Of a DNA stretch of 64,000 bases, positions 19,219-29,029 are shown in pieces. The DNA lies in IMG/VR virus record IMGVR_UViG_2786546475_000015, positions 64,001 through 128,000 of that record, one strand, 5' to 3'. The position numbers and the translations under genes are program-made. A model generated the notes under the pieces. That model was not told the origin of the DNA. It worked only from the letters and a program-made list of their open reading frames with translations, and made no database searches. Within the stretch, counting starts at the first letter, position 1. Each line of letters starts with the position of its first letter. Source of the DNA: a virus (lineage: Duplodnaviria; Caudoviricetes).

Positions 19219-19622
19219 CGAAAGAAGAAAAACGAAAATATACCACAAAAATTGTACTTAGAACAATTGGTGTAATCGCATTACTAGGTTATTGTTTATT
19301 ATTCCTGTATGTAAACTATAATACCGAACGTAAGGGTATTACTAGTACACATGATTGGACATACCAAGGAATCGAAATTGTTCCGCATGTCTACCCAAGT
19401 AAAGCCGAAGTGAATGAAGCGTATAAAGTATGGGTTAGTAGTCAAGGTTACAACTACGACCACCAAGAACGTGTTGGGTGGGCTACGTGGAGTGACGATA
19501 ACTATTGCGAAGTTCATTTTCCTAGAATAAAAAACGAAAACGATAAAGAAACATTAGAAATAATTGGTCATGAAATTGCCCATTGTTTCTATGGAAATTG
19601 GCATAAAGAGGTTAGTAAATGA
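19215..19622 (+). CDS. membrane-anchored HExxH protein (putative metallopeptidase)
   Basis: N-terminal TM; IGHEIAHCF. Confidence 0.55.
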   Translation: MTKEEKRKYTTKIVLRTIGVIALLGYCLLFLYVNYNTERKGITSTHDWTYQGIEIVPHVYPSKAEVNEAYKVWVSSQGYNYDHQERVGWATWSDDNYCEVHFPRIKNENDKETLEIIGHEIAHCFYGNWHKEVSK

Positions 19623-21871
19623 GAGTTACTAAAAGTTCTGGTATCACACAAGAGTATGACGAAGATAAAATTTTAAATGTTATTAAGTGGGCTTCATATG
19701 ATTGTGAAATTGACCATAACAGTATCTTAGAAGAATTAAACCAATACATGTATGATGGTGTTTCTACGAAATCAATCCACAAAAATTTAGTAAAAATCTG
19801 TGCTGATAAGATTTCAGTTAACACACCAGAATATCAATATGTTGCCGCAAGAACATTGATGTTTGGTTTACGTAAAGATGTATACGGTTGTTTTCAACCA
19901 CCTAAACTATACGACCATATTAAGCATAAAACTATTATAGGCGTATACGACAAAGAAATTTTACAAAAATACTCAAAAGAAGAAATAGATTTACTCGACG
20001 AATACATCGATCATGATAAAGATTTTGATTTAAGTTATGCGGGCGCGATGCAACTTAAAGAGAAATATCTAGTGAAAGACCGTTCTACTGGTGAAATTTT
20101 CGAAACTCCGCAGTTTGGTTATATGTTAATGTCTATGTGTTTACACCAAGAAGAAGATATTACCAAGCGTATTGAACGTGTTGTTAAGTTTTATGATGTG
20201 GTTTCTAAAAAGAAATCGAGTATGCCTACACCAATTATGGCGGGTGTACGTACACCGACCAGACAATTTAGTTCGTGTGTGTTAATTGATAGTGGTGATG
20301 ACTTAGAAAGTATTAACGAAACTTCATCGGCTATCGTTAATTATATTTCTAAACGTGCGGGTATCGGTATTAATGGTGGTCGTATTCGTGCGGAAGGTTC
20401 ACGAATTCGTTCTGGTGAAGTACGTCATACTGGTGTTATCCCATTTTGGAAATACTTTCATGCCGCGACTAAAAGTTGTAGCCAAGGTGGTGTTCGCGGT
20501 GGAGCGGCAACTATTTATTACCCATTATGGCATTTAGAAGCAGAAAAATTATTAGTTCTTAAAAATAATCGTGGTGTTGATGAAAATCGTATTCGTCAAA
20601 TGGATTATGGTGTTCAGATTAATCGACTTATGTATGAACGTCTAGTTAATAACGATTATATTACGCTATTCAGTCCTGATGTTGCGAATGGTAAACTATA
20701 CGAATATTATTTTTCTGATCCAGATAGATTTAAACAAGTATATGAAGCTCTAGAAGCCGATACAACGGTACGAAAGAAAAGAGTAAGAGCATTAGAGCTA
20801 TTTTCTAATTTAATGCTTGAGCGTTCTAGTACGGCGCGTATTTACATACAAAATGTAGATAATGTAAACCAAAATAGTCCGTTCCAAGAACCTATCTATC
20901 AAAGTAATTTATGCGCCGAAATCGCGTTACCTACATCACCTATTATGAAAGATAGTGGTGAAATCGCATTGTGTACATTGGCGGCATTTAACTTAGGCGA
21001 ATTAGAATACGACGAAATTGATGATGTAGCGCTTACAGTGGTTCGTGCATTAGATAACCTATTAGATTATCAACATTATCCAGTAAAACAAGCGGAAAGG
21101 GCTAAACTACGTAGAAGTTTGGGTATCGGTGTAATCAATTACGCATATTTCTTAGCTAAAAACTTTACTAGTTACAGCGAAGATGATTCTAAAGAATTGA
21201 CGCATGTTTGGTTTGAAAAGATTCAGTACGCATTAATTCGTGCTAGTATGTTACTTGCTAAAGAAAAAGGTAGTTGTGGTGACTTTGATAAAACTACATA
21301 CGCTCAAGGTATTTTACCTATCGACCGTTACAATAAAAATGTAGATAAATTGACCGACAATAAGCTATATTGCGATTGGGAAAGTTTACGACAAGATATC
21401 ATGCGTTATGGTATGCGTAATAGTACTTTATCCGCATTAATGCCTAGTGAGTCAAGTTCACAAGTCCATAACGCTACAAATGGTATTGAACCGCCACTTG
21501 GTAGAGTTAGTGTAAAGGGTTCTAAAGATGGTGTATTTAATCAAGTAGTTCCAGAAGTTGATACATTAGGCGATGAATATGAATATGCGTGGGAATTAGC
21601 CGCTAAGGGTAATAAAGGATATATCGAAAAAGTAGCTATCATGCAAAAATTTGTGGATCAAACGATTTCATCTAATACACGTTATGATCCGTCGATTTAT
21701 CCTGATAATAAAGTTCCTATGAATGTTATGCTTAAAGATTTATTAACATGCAACCATTACGGAGTCAAAACTTTATACTACCACAATACACGCGATGGGG
21801 CTGATGGTTCGGAAAGTACAGAAGAAGTTGAAGTCGTTAGAGATAGCGACTGCGATACATGCAAGGTGTAA
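19619..21871 (+). CDS. nrdA: class Ia ribonucleotide reductase alpha subunit
   Basis: ATP cone, TRQFSSC, SNLCAEI, C-terminal CxxC. Confidence 0.96.
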   Translation: MRVTKSSGITQEYDEDKILNVIKWASYDCEIDHNSILEELNQYMYDGVSTKSIHKNLVKICADKISVNTPEYQYVAARTLMFGLRKDVYGCFQPPKLYDHIKHKTIIGVYDKEILQKYSKEEIDLLDEYIDHDKDFDLSYAGAMQLKEKYLVKDRSTGEIFETPQFGYMLMSMCLHQEEDITKRIERVVKFYDVVSKKKSSMPTPIMAGVRTPTRQFSSCVLIDSGDDLESINETSSAIVNYISKRAGIGINGGRIRAEGSRIRSGEVRHTGVIPFWKYFHAATKSCSQGGVRGGAATIYYPLWHLEAEKLLVLKNNRGVDENRIRQMDYGVQINRLMYERLVNNDYITLFSPDVANGKLYEYYFSDPDRFKQVYEALEADTTVRKKRVRALELFSNLMLERSSTARIYIQNVDNVNQNSPFQEPIYQSNLCAEIALPTSPIMKDSGEIALCTLAAFNLGELEYDEIDDVALTVVRALDNLLDYQHYPVKQAERAKLRRSLGIGVINYAYFLAKNFTSYSEDDSKELTHVWFEKIQYALIRASMLLAKEKGSCGDFDKTTYAQGILPIDRYNKNVDKLTDNKLYCDWESLRQDIMRYGMRNSTLSALMPSESSSQVHNATNGIEPPLGRVSVKGSKDGVFNQVVPEVDTLGDEYEYAWELAAKGNKGYIEKVAIMQKFVDQTISSNTRYDPSIYPDNKVPMNVMLKDLLTCNHYGVKTLYYHNTRDGADGSESTEEVEVVRDSDCDTCKV

Positions 21872-21874
21872 TTA

Positions 21875-23014
21875 ATGACAGTATTTAATCAAGCTAACGT
21901 TGATCATTTGAATCAACCTATGTTTTTTGGTGAAGAATTGGGTATAGCCCGATTCGACACCTACAAGCATTCACAATTTGAGAAGTTAACAGAAAAACAA
22001 CTTTCATTCTTTTGGCGTCCAGAAGAAATTGATGTTTCTAGAGACGCAATCGATTATAGTAAGTTATCAGAAGCGGAACAACACGTGTTCACCGCTAATT
22101 TAAAGTATCAGACGTTATTAGATAGTGTACAAGGTCGCGCACCGAGTGTAGCGTTTTTACCTATCGTTAGTGATACTGCGTTAGAGAACTGGATCGAAAC
22201 TTGGTCTTTTAGTGAAACTATTCATTCACGCTCTTATACTCATATTATGCGAAATGTTTACAACGATCCATCAAAAGAGTTTGATAATATCGTTAGTAAT
22301 CAAGAAATTATGAAACGTGCTAGTGTAGTGACTAAACATTATGATGAATTAATCGCGGTAGCTAGGAAATGGAATGATTTAGTCGAGACGACTAATTGGG
22401 ATAAAGACGAAACGTTGACGGATATAGAAGAATTGCTACGTAGAAAGTGTAAAGAAAAACTTTACCTTACTATGATGGCTGTTAATATCTTAGAAGCTAT
22501 TAGATTCTATGTAAGTTTCGCGTGTTCGTTTAATTTCGCAGAAAATCAATTGATGGAAGGTAACGCTAAAATCATCAAGCTAATCGCACGTGACGAAGCG
22601 CTACATCTAAAGGGTACTCAATATATCTTGCAACAATGGCATCGTGGTAAAGACGATCCAGATATGCACGATATAGCAGAAGAACTTAGACCAGAAGCGA
22701 CACAATTATTCTTAGATGCTGTTAAACAAGAAAAATCGTGGGCTGAATATTTGTTTAGTTTTGGGTCTATTCGCGGATTGAGTTACAAAAAATTATGTGA
22801 ATATATCGAGTATGTCGCAGATCATCGTATGCGTTCGGTTGGTTTAGATAGTCCGTTCCAACGTAAAAAAGAAAATCCTTTACCTTGGATGCAGAAATGG
22901 TTGAATAGTGATGCGGTACAAATCGCACCACAAGAAGCCGAAATATCTAGTTATTTAATCAATCAAGTCGATCAAAACGTTGATGTGACCGATTTATCTA
23001 AATACGAATATTAA
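21875..23014 (+). CDS. nrdB: ribonucleotide reductase beta subunit (no intron)
   Basis: FFWRPEE, SETIHSRSY, EAIRFYVSF, RDEALH. Confidence 0.96.
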   Translation: MTVFNQANVDHLNQPMFFGEELGIARFDTYKHSQFEKLTEKQLSFFWRPEEIDVSRDAIDYSKLSEAEQHVFTANLKYQTLLDSVQGRAPSVAFLPIVSDTALENWIETWSFSETIHSRSYTHIMRNVYNDPSKEFDNIVSNQEIMKRASVVTKHYDELIAVARKWNDLVETTNWDKDETLTDIEELLRRKCKEKLYLTMMAVNILEAIRFYVSFACSFNFAENQLMEGNAKIIKLIARDEALHLKGTQYILQQWHRGKDDPDMHDIAEELRPEATQLFLDAVKQEKSWAEYLFSFGSIRGLSYKKLCEYIEYVADHRMRSVGLDSPFQRKKENPLPWMQKWLNSDAVQIAPQEAEISSYLINQVDQNVDVTDLSKYEY

Positions 23015-23021
23015 TTTTCGG

Positions 23022-23081
23022 AAGCCCTTGCGTAAGCAGGGGCTTTTTGTTATCATGGGTTTGTTGAAACGATTTAAGGAG
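23022..23081 (+). promoter_or_regulatory. terminator hairpin + sigma70 promoter + RBS cassette (PeSL-like), copy 1
   Basis: AAGCCCTTGC-GTAA-GCAGGGGCTTTTT; -35 TTGCGT, 17 nt, -10 TATCAT; AAGGAG. Confidence 0.8.
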
Positions 23082-23086
23082 TTTTT

Positions 23087-23293
23087 ATGACAGGTCATAT
23101 AGTTTACACGGACGACATTGTTCGTATTACATGGAATGGTAGTTCTACTTTTAACATTTACAGGCTATCATACGATGGTGCATATTGGATTAACATTGAT
23201 GTATTTACCGTTTATTTTGATGATTCTGACAAGTTAGAAAAAGCAAAAAATATTGCTAAAAATCATATGAAAGAAATTTATGAGGGTTATTAA
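23087..23293 (+). CDS. hypothetical protein
   Basis: Strong RBS; first gene after cassette. Confidence 0.65.
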   Translation: MTGHIVYTDDIVRITWNGSSTFNIYRLSYDGAYWINIDVFTVYFDDSDKLEKAKNIAKNHMKEIYEGY

Positions 23294-23508
23294 TGGGAAA
23301 TATCAAATACCGTATGTATTTAAAAGACGACAATGGGTATATCGAAGGTGATGATATCGGTGATATGATTAAGAAAGCTAATGAAATGGGTTATCGTGCG
23401 TCAAATTTCGATTTCGAGATCATTATAACCGTTCATAAACCAATTGATTATGTCGATATTAAAACGACAATTATGCCCGAAAATATTTCTTTTGAAACAA
23501 TTTCTTAA
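23293..23508 (+). CDS. hypothetical protein
   Basis: TAATG coupling. Confidence 0.6.
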   Translation: MGNIKYRMYLKDDNGYIEGDDIGDMIKKANEMGYRASNFDFEIIITVHKPIDYVDIKTTIMPENISFETIS

Positions 23509-23517
23509 TTAATTACC

Positions 23518-23586
23518 AAAAGCCCTTGCATTGCAGGGGCTTTTTTGTTACCATGTATTTGTCGGTTGGGAAAACAAACAAAGGAG
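23518..23586 (+). promoter_or_regulatory. PeSL-like cassette, copy 2
   Basis: AAAAGCCCTTGC-ATT-GCAGGGGCTTTTTT; TTGCAT-17-TACCAT; AAGGAG. Confidence 0.8.
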
Positions 23587-23592
23587 AACATC

Positions 23593-23973
23593 ATGGCTTA
23601 CGTATCCAAAGAATTGAAAAGCAAACTAGTAGCGAAACTTAAACCGCTTATGAAAGAGTATGGCGTTCGCGCTACTTATAAAGTTCTAAACCATTCTAAA
23701 TTAGATATCAATATTCGTAGTGGTAAGTTGTTTAAAATCGCCAACGAAGATTCAATGTCTGTTTATGGTATTGGTAGCGAACCAAGTAAAGGTATTATCG
23801 AATCATTTGGTAGCGATTCAAAAGAAATTGAATTGTTGAAGAAAATCTTTGATATCATTAACGAAGAAAATTATGATAATTCAGACGCTATGACTGATTA
23901 CTTCGATGTCGGTTTCTATTGGGAAATCAATATCGGTACTTGGGATAAACCTTACAAGTGGGTAGGTGAGTAA
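23593..23973 (+). CDS. hypothetical protein
   Basis: ATG at 23593 after AAGGAG; C-terminal YDNSDAMTDYFDVGF..IG.WDKPY. Confidence 0.7.
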   Translation: MAYVSKELKSKLVAKLKPLMKEYGVRATYKVLNHSKLDINIRSGKLFKIANEDSMSVYGIGSEPSKGIIESFGSDSKEIELLKKIFDIINEENYDNSDAMTDYFDVGFYWEINIGTWDKPYKWVGE

Positions 23974-24170
23974 TGAAAATCAAAATTAATGTTTTAATGA
24001 AACATCAATGGGGTGATTTCGATATAGAAATTAAAGAACCTGTTATCGCGTTTAAAGATCCAGAAGAAGCCAAGATCCAATTAGCAGAAAGAAAACAAAC
24101 CGAAACTATTAATGAATATGGCGAGAAAGACTTCTGGTATTCATTAAAAACAATTACTTTGGAGGAATAA
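23973..24170 (+). CDS. hypothetical protein
   Basis: Coupled at both ends. Confidence 0.6.
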   Translation: MKIKINVLMKHQWGDFDIEIKEPVIAFKDPEEAKIQLAERKQTETINEYGEKDFWYSLKTITLEE

Positions 24171-24382
24171 TGCGTAGAGTTAATATAGAACGTCCTAATG
24201 GCGAAGCGTACTGGTTTGATACAGCATACAAAAATGGTGTTGATATCATTCGCGAATACATCGAAGAACGTGCGACCGAAGAAGGTATTGACGAATTCGT
24301 TTCTGGTGTGTATACTGTTCACTATGACATGGGGATTGCAGAAGAAGTTGAATACACCGCCCCAAAATTTGTGTTGAAATAA
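24170..24382 (+). CDS. hypothetical protein (paralogue of 24592-25041 N-terminus)
   Basis: Shared YIEE.A...G...F.SGV motif. Confidence 0.6.
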   Translation: MRRVNIERPNGEAYWFDTAYKNGVDIIREYIEERATEEGIDEFVSGVYTVHYDMGIAEEVEYTAPKFVLK

Positions 24383-24400
24383 TTTACAAAAGGAAATATT

Positions 24401-24582
24401 ATGAAAACGTTAGTTACTTTAAAAACAACTCAAACAATATTACACTTGAATTCAATTCTACATATGAGTTGTTCATGTACGTAAAACGACACGGTATCGA
24501 TTTAAGCGGTTATTCTATTAATGCATTTGTTCGTGCGCCTGTCGCCGTAGAATGTGTTGTAATTAATACTACTATTCTTTAA
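24401..24582 (+). pseudogene. frameshifted ~60 aa gene
   Basis: ATG with AGGA RBS; a -1 shift at T-TTA-AAA (24418-24424) reads on to TAA at 24580. Confidence 0.5.
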
Positions 24583-24591
24583 GGAGATATT

Positions 24592-25041
24592 ATGCGATTA
24601 GTAGAATTGAAATTTCCAGATGATGAAAAATTTTACAAATTCCAAACTTTCGAAGTCAAGAAAGAAAAGATTCTCGAAGCGTATATCGAAGAATGTGCTG
24701 TTGTTAATGGTTTAACATCATTCCCTAGTGGGGTTGTCGTTATTAAAGACGGTGATGAATACAAATATGTATCATACAAAAAACCAGAGTTTAAATCAGT
24801 AAAGTATGGTGTTGATTTGTTTATTAATAAAATCCTATTTAACGCCGATCCAGCGAACACATGTTGTGTAGAAAATGATGTTTGGGATGAATACTTTGCA
24901 GAAGCCGTTGAATTTATGATTTCGGATGAATCTGATATAAATAATGTATTATCAGAATCATTTGGTACGGAAATCGAATTAGATGAAACTACCAGAAATA
25001 TTATCAACGGAGTAAAACGTGAAATTCAACGAGCTTTATAG
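24592..25041 (+). CDS. hypothetical protein
   Basis: AAGGAG RBS; 149 aa. Confidence 0.65.
   Translation: MRLVELKFPDDEKFYKFQTFEVKKEKILEAYIEECAVVNGLTSFPSGVVVIKDGDEYKYVSYKKPEFKSVKYGVDLFINKILFNADPANTCCVENDVWDEYFAEAVEFMISDESDINNVLSESFGTEIELDETTRNIINGVKREIQRAL
24936..24943 (+). promoter_or_regulatory. T4-type late promoter
   Basis: TATAAATA upstream of the CTS-like gene at 25019. Confidence 0.6.
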
Positions 25042-25459
25042 CGAATTATTAGAATACGTAACAGGTGGTAGTCGTTCGCCAAAGAAATACGATAAAAGTG
25101 AAGAAGCAGAAAACGCAAAGAAATCAGCACTACAAGCGACTTATTCTAGTGGTATGAAAATTGCGGTATCAACTCATGCGGGTTCACAAGCAAAAGTAAG
25201 ACGTTCAGATTTAGAGCCAAATGATTGGCGTACATATCTTAAACGAGCCACTAAAGCGTTAAAAGGTAAACCAGAGGGTGATTACCTTATCTATTCAAAA
25301 CAATTGGAACAGGGCGTTGTCATGGCGTTTTATCCCAATAATAAACTGTTACGATTGATTACAGTTTTACCTAAAGGAAAAGGATTCGCTAAAGCGGGTA
25401 CTGAAAAGGTCATGGTAGAGAGCGTAGAAGTAGAACTAGAGGTTATTGAGGTTAAATAA
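25019..25459 (+). CDS. putative internal head protein, possible BECR-fold RNase
   Basis: MKFNELYSELLE N-terminus; STHA..R and LRLITVL motifs. Confidence 0.5.
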   Translation: MKFNELYSELLEYVTGGSRSPKKYDKSEEAENAKKSALQATYSSGMKIAVSTHAGSQAKVRRSDLEPNDWRTYLKRATKALKGKPEGDYLIYSKQLEQGVVMAFYPNNKLLRLITVLPKGKGFAKAGTEKVMVESVEVELEVIEVK

Positions 25460-25722
25460 TGAGTAATTTAAGTTCGAGAAATGTGTGTAGCGAACTATTC
25501 GATATTCAGAAAATACAGGATATGTCTTTACCGCGATTGAAAAAATTCAAAACAGCTTGTTATAAAGCTATCGGTAATCGTTTTTTGCGTTGCGATTATT
25601 GTGGTGAATTGCATTGTGAATACGCAAAATACAATACAGATGACGAAATTGTGTTAAAAGAAAAAGAAATTTCGGATATTAACATGAACAATATTAACAA
25701 AGTTATGGCAAACAAATCATGA
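25459..25722 (+). CDS. hypothetical protein with CxxC
   Basis: Coupled ORF. Confidence 0.55.
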   Translation: MSNLSSRNVCSELFDIQKIQDMSLPRLKKFKTACYKAIGNRFLRCDYCGELHCEYAKYNTDDEIVLKEKEISDINMNNINKVMANKS

Positions 25723-26867
25723 AGCAAATGTATGACAATTTAAAGGCGTTGACACAAAAGAATGATATGTTTTTTAGTTCTATTCAAACAACGCCAAGTA
25801 ATAAACCAGTAGAGATTTTTAGTTACCACATCGCTAGTTATAGTGATTGGTTAGAACCCGATGCTATCGAGTGCCGTGGTATTATGTTTGATATCACGGA
25901 TAAAGAAAATCCAGTAATCCTTTCGCGCCCGATGGAAAAATTCTTTAACCTTGGTGAAAATCCTTTAGCTTTACCAGAAGATGTGTTACCGTTAGTTAAA
26001 ACCATCGAAGAAAAACGTGATGGTTCATTGATTAGTACATATTTAGACGATGGTAAGTTGTACACAAAAAGTAAAGGTTCGCTTTATAGTGACCAAGCTA
26101 ACGACTCTAATCGCTTTTTAATGCGTTCAGAGAACAAAGATTTTAAGCAAGCCCTTAAAACATTGGCAGAATTGGGTTATACCGCGAATATGGAATACAC
26201 TTCGCCCAAAAACCAAATCGTATTAAAGTATGAGAAACAAGAATTAATTGTTTTAAATATTCGTAATACCGAAACAGGTGATTATTTAACGCTTGATGAT
26301 TTGGCTGAATTAGATGCCGAAAATCCAGAACATACTATTTATACGCATATCGCGGAACGATTTGTTGATTACGAAGAAGTTGATGGTATGTCCGACGAAG
26401 ATGTTGAACGTATTCGTGATATGAAAGGTATCGAGGGTTATGTGTTAGTTGGTCAGAATCAACGAGTTAAGTTAAAAACTGATTGGTACGTTAACTTACA
26501 TCGATTGAAAGATAACATTAACAACAATCGTCGATTAGTAGAAAGTGTTGTAGAAAGTCGTACAGATGATTTACGTCAATTATTTGAACACGACCAAGGA
26601 AGTATTGACAAAATTAAAGAATTTGAGCAATACGTATTAAGTAAAATTAAGTCTTGTTTAGCCGAGGTTCGTACTGTTTATGAACGTGTAAAACATTTAG
26701 ATCGTAAACATTATGCTATCAACGCACAACGATATGTTGACTACACACCTTTGTTTAGTGTTATTATGCGTCAATTCGACGATTATAACGAAGAAAATGT
26801 AGTAGAAAATATTAAACAAATCGCATTAAAAAATGTAGACGATTTTATTCCTATGCATTATAAGTGA
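25719..26867 (+). CDS. rnlA: RNA ligase 1
   Basis: ECRGIMF, RPMEKFFN, EKRDGSLI, IEGYV, KLKTDWY..LH. Confidence 0.93.
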   Translation: MKQMYDNLKALTQKNDMFFSSIQTTPSNKPVEIFSYHIASYSDWLEPDAIECRGIMFDITDKENPVILSRPMEKFFNLGENPLALPEDVLPLVKTIEEKRDGSLISTYLDDGKLYTKSKGSLYSDQANDSNRFLMRSENKDFKQALKTLAELGYTANMEYTSPKNQIVLKYEKQELIVLNIRNTETGDYLTLDDLAELDAENPEHTIYTHIAERFVDYEEVDGMSDEDVERIRDMKGIEGYVLVGQNQRVKLKTDWYVNLHRLKDNINNNRRLVESVVESRTDDLRQLFEHDQGSIDKIKEFEQYVLSKIKSCLAEVRTVYERVKHLDRKHYAINAQRYVDYTPLFSVIMRQFDDYNEENVVENIKQIALKNVDDFIPMHYK

Positions 26868-26873
26868 GGTTAT

Positions 26874-27374
26874 ATGATTATTGGTTATGAGAAGGGTGAT
26901 TGGGTTCAATTAGCGTTAGAAGCTATCGACAACGAAGCCCCGTTATGGTTTGGTCATGGTTGTAACTGTCGAAAAACGATGGGTGCTGGTGTGGCTGAAC
27001 AAGTAAGAAAACGTATTCCCGCATTATACGAAGCGGATCAAATGACAAATACTAACTGGTTAGGTAATTGGTCATTCTGGATGCCTAGAGGTCGAGATCA
27101 TTCAATGATGTTGTTTAATCTTTATACACAGAAAAATTTGGGTGCAGACGCTCGATTAAAATCTATTTTTGATGTATTTACTAGATTAAACGATTTATAT
27201 TTAACTCTAAAACTTGCTATGAATAAAGGGTTTCCGTATAGTATTCCGACTGAAATTGTAATTCCTATGATCGGTTGCGGTATTGGTGGTTTGAAATGGG
27301 AAGATGTAGCCAAAGTCATTGACGAAGCCACACCAGATTTACCAGTACGTGTTATCGAATGGGAACGGAGTTGA
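26874..27374 (+). CDS. macrodomain protein (ADP-ribose processing, tk.4-like)
   Basis: HGCNC..TMGAGVA, NLYTQ, PMIGCGIGGL.W. Confidence 0.85.
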   Translation: MIIGYEKGDWVQLALEAIDNEAPLWFGHGCNCRKTMGAGVAEQVRKRIPALYEADQMTNTNWLGNWSFWMPRGRDHSMMLFNLYTQKNLGADARLKSIFDVFTRLNDLYLTLKLAMNKGFPYSIPTEIVIPMIGCGIGGLKWEDVAKVIDEATPDLPVRVIEWERS

Positions 27375-27375
27375 T

Positions 27376-27693
27376 ATGGATAAGAAATATGTAGCACGAC
27401 AATTAGCATTAGTAGTGAGAAATATTCAAAAGGGATTTCGCGAGCCTGTTGGTATTAATATAAAAATGGATAGCGAATTCGATATCAATAGTGATATTAT
27501 CGATATGGATGAATATTATATTTGTCTAGAAAATTATGGATATGAATTCAATTTTTTTAAATCGGTGACACATTTTAAAGGTCGGAAAATTACTTGGAGT
27601 TTAAATATATATTTGACCGACATAATCAAAAACATTCCAGATAAACGAGTAAGAGAGTATTTATGTTCTATGAACCAAAAAAATTCACAGTAA
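27376..27693 (+). CDS. hypothetical protein
   Basis: ATG after GGAG. Confidence 0.5.
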   Translation: MDKKYVARQLALVVRNIQKGFREPVGINIKMDSEFDINSDIIDMDEYYICLENYGYEFNFFKSVTHFKGRKITWSLNIYLTDIIKNIPDKRVREYLCSMNQKNSQ

Positions 27694-28118
27694 AAGAATT
27701 AGTACCGCCAGAAGTTTATGAAGCGCGTGGTGAAAAAGCGTTGGAATTGATTGATGTTAGGATCGTCATGATTCTCGATCATTTACGCGAAAAGCTTGAT
27801 AAACCGATTACGGTTAATAGTTGGTCGTGGGGTGGTCATTATAGCCAATCTGGTTTACGTGATGTTGGTCATTACGGTTCGTCTGAAAAATATTTCAATA
27901 GCTTTAGTCAACACAAATACGGTCGTGGTGTTGATTTCCGTGTAAAAGGTATGACAGCCGAAGAAGTACGTCAATATATCTACGACCATAAAGACGAAGG
28001 CGCGTTGAAATATGTTACGTTCGTCGAAGAAGATGTATCGTGGGTACACGTAGACGTACGTAATTGCGAACGAATCACGCGTTGGAGTCCAGATAGAGGA
28101 TTTTTGGAACGCTTATGA
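27663..28118 (+). CDS. peptidase M15A-like Zn peptidase (candidate endolysin)
   Basis: LDHLRE..PI.VNS, SQH.YGRGVDF, WVHVD. Confidence 0.8.
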   Translation: MFYEPKKFTVKELVPPEVYEARGEKALELIDVRIVMILDHLREKLDKPITVNSWSWGGHYSQSGLRDVGHYGSSEKYFNSFSQHKYGRGVDFRVKGMTAEEVRQYIYDHKDEGALKYVTFVEEDVSWVHVDVRNCERITRWSPDRGFLERL

Positions 28119-28348
28119 AATTAAGCTATCAACAAGAAAAATTTATCAACTATTTGTTAGATGATTTTAGATTTACTATCGGTTGTAATAGTCGAGGTTA
28201 TACTATTAAATCGGTAGTAAATTTCAATTGCACGTTATACTTGACTATGACTTTTAGATCTTTATTGAATAAAGGATTAGTTTCGGTTAGCGAAAATAGA
28301 GTTATACTAACAAACAAAGCGAGAGAACTTTATGATCCGTGTTGGTAA
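28115..28348 (+). CDS. hypothetical protein (winged-helix-like)
   Basis: SLLNKGLV..VILTNKA. Confidence 0.45.
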   Translation: MKLSYQQEKFINYLLDDFRFTIGCNSRGYTIKSVVNFNCTLYLTMTFRSLLNKGLVSVSENRVILTNKARELYDPCW

Positions 28349-28375
28349 ACACGGATTTTTTTGTATAGGTGATGT

Positions 28376-28807
28376 ATGTTAAATAATAGTGAAATTGAAA
28401 CAATAGAAAATCAAGTAAGAGAGTATAATAAAACTGTTGATACCGACGAAAATACTTCTACGCGTGTATCGATGGGTTATAGTAATGAAAAGATTCAAGA
28501 TCAACGTATCCCTAATCTTAAACATATGCGATTATGCACTGATTTAAATCAAATCGAGGATGAACGGTTAAGATTGCAAATTAAACGCGACTACGCGCTT
28601 ATGAGTAAGCGATTTAATGATATGCGAGATAAGTGCGAACATCTTAAAAATGATATCTATGATACGTTCCCTACACAGATTACTAGATTAACTAAAGATG
28701 TACGAGATCAACTTGAAAACGAAAATCGATTGTTTTATGTAAACGATGGTAACCAATATATTATTTTACCATTTCCAGTAGAGAAAATTATTGACAATAA
28801 AAACTAG
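28376..28807 (+). CDS. hypothetical protein
   Basis: AGGTG RBS; 143 aa. Confidence 0.6.
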   Translation: MLNNSEIETIENQVREYNKTVDTDENTSTRVSMGYSNEKIQDQRIPNLKHMRLCTDLNQIEDERLRLQIKRDYALMSKRFNDMRDKCEHLKNDIYDTFPTQITRLTKDVRDQLENENRLFYVNDGNQYIILPFPVEKIIDNKN

Positions 28808-28818
28808 TCGTGTATTAT
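28791..28818 (+). promoter_or_regulatory. sigma70-like early promoter
   Basis: TTGACA-16-TATTAT. Confidence 0.55.
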
Positions 28819-28846
28819 GACTAAGTAACATAACAAAGGTGATTCT

Positions 28847-29029
28847 ATGAATAACTACTTTTCTAGCGTTGGATGTATGCCACGTCATTACTTTGAAGTT
28901 GTTATCTTAAACAAATGGGCTTTTACTACGGCGATTTGCCATAGAAATGTAAAACTATCTGATGGTAGTCATTGGAATCACCTTTTTAAAGGGTTCTATA
29001 TAAAACAAAACACAAATAAGGGATGGTAA
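28847..29029 (+). CDS. hypothetical protein
   Basis: AGGTG RBS; 60 aa. Confidence 0.5.
   Translation: MNNYFSSVGCMPRHYFEVVILNKWAFTTAICHRNVKLSDGSHWNHLFKGFYIKQNTNKGW

Noticed and set aside
18376-23014. Group I introns or homing endonucleases in td/nrdB
   Set aside because: Both ORFs are continuous and of normal length
28376-28807. alc by position
   Set aside because: No recognisable sequence similarity
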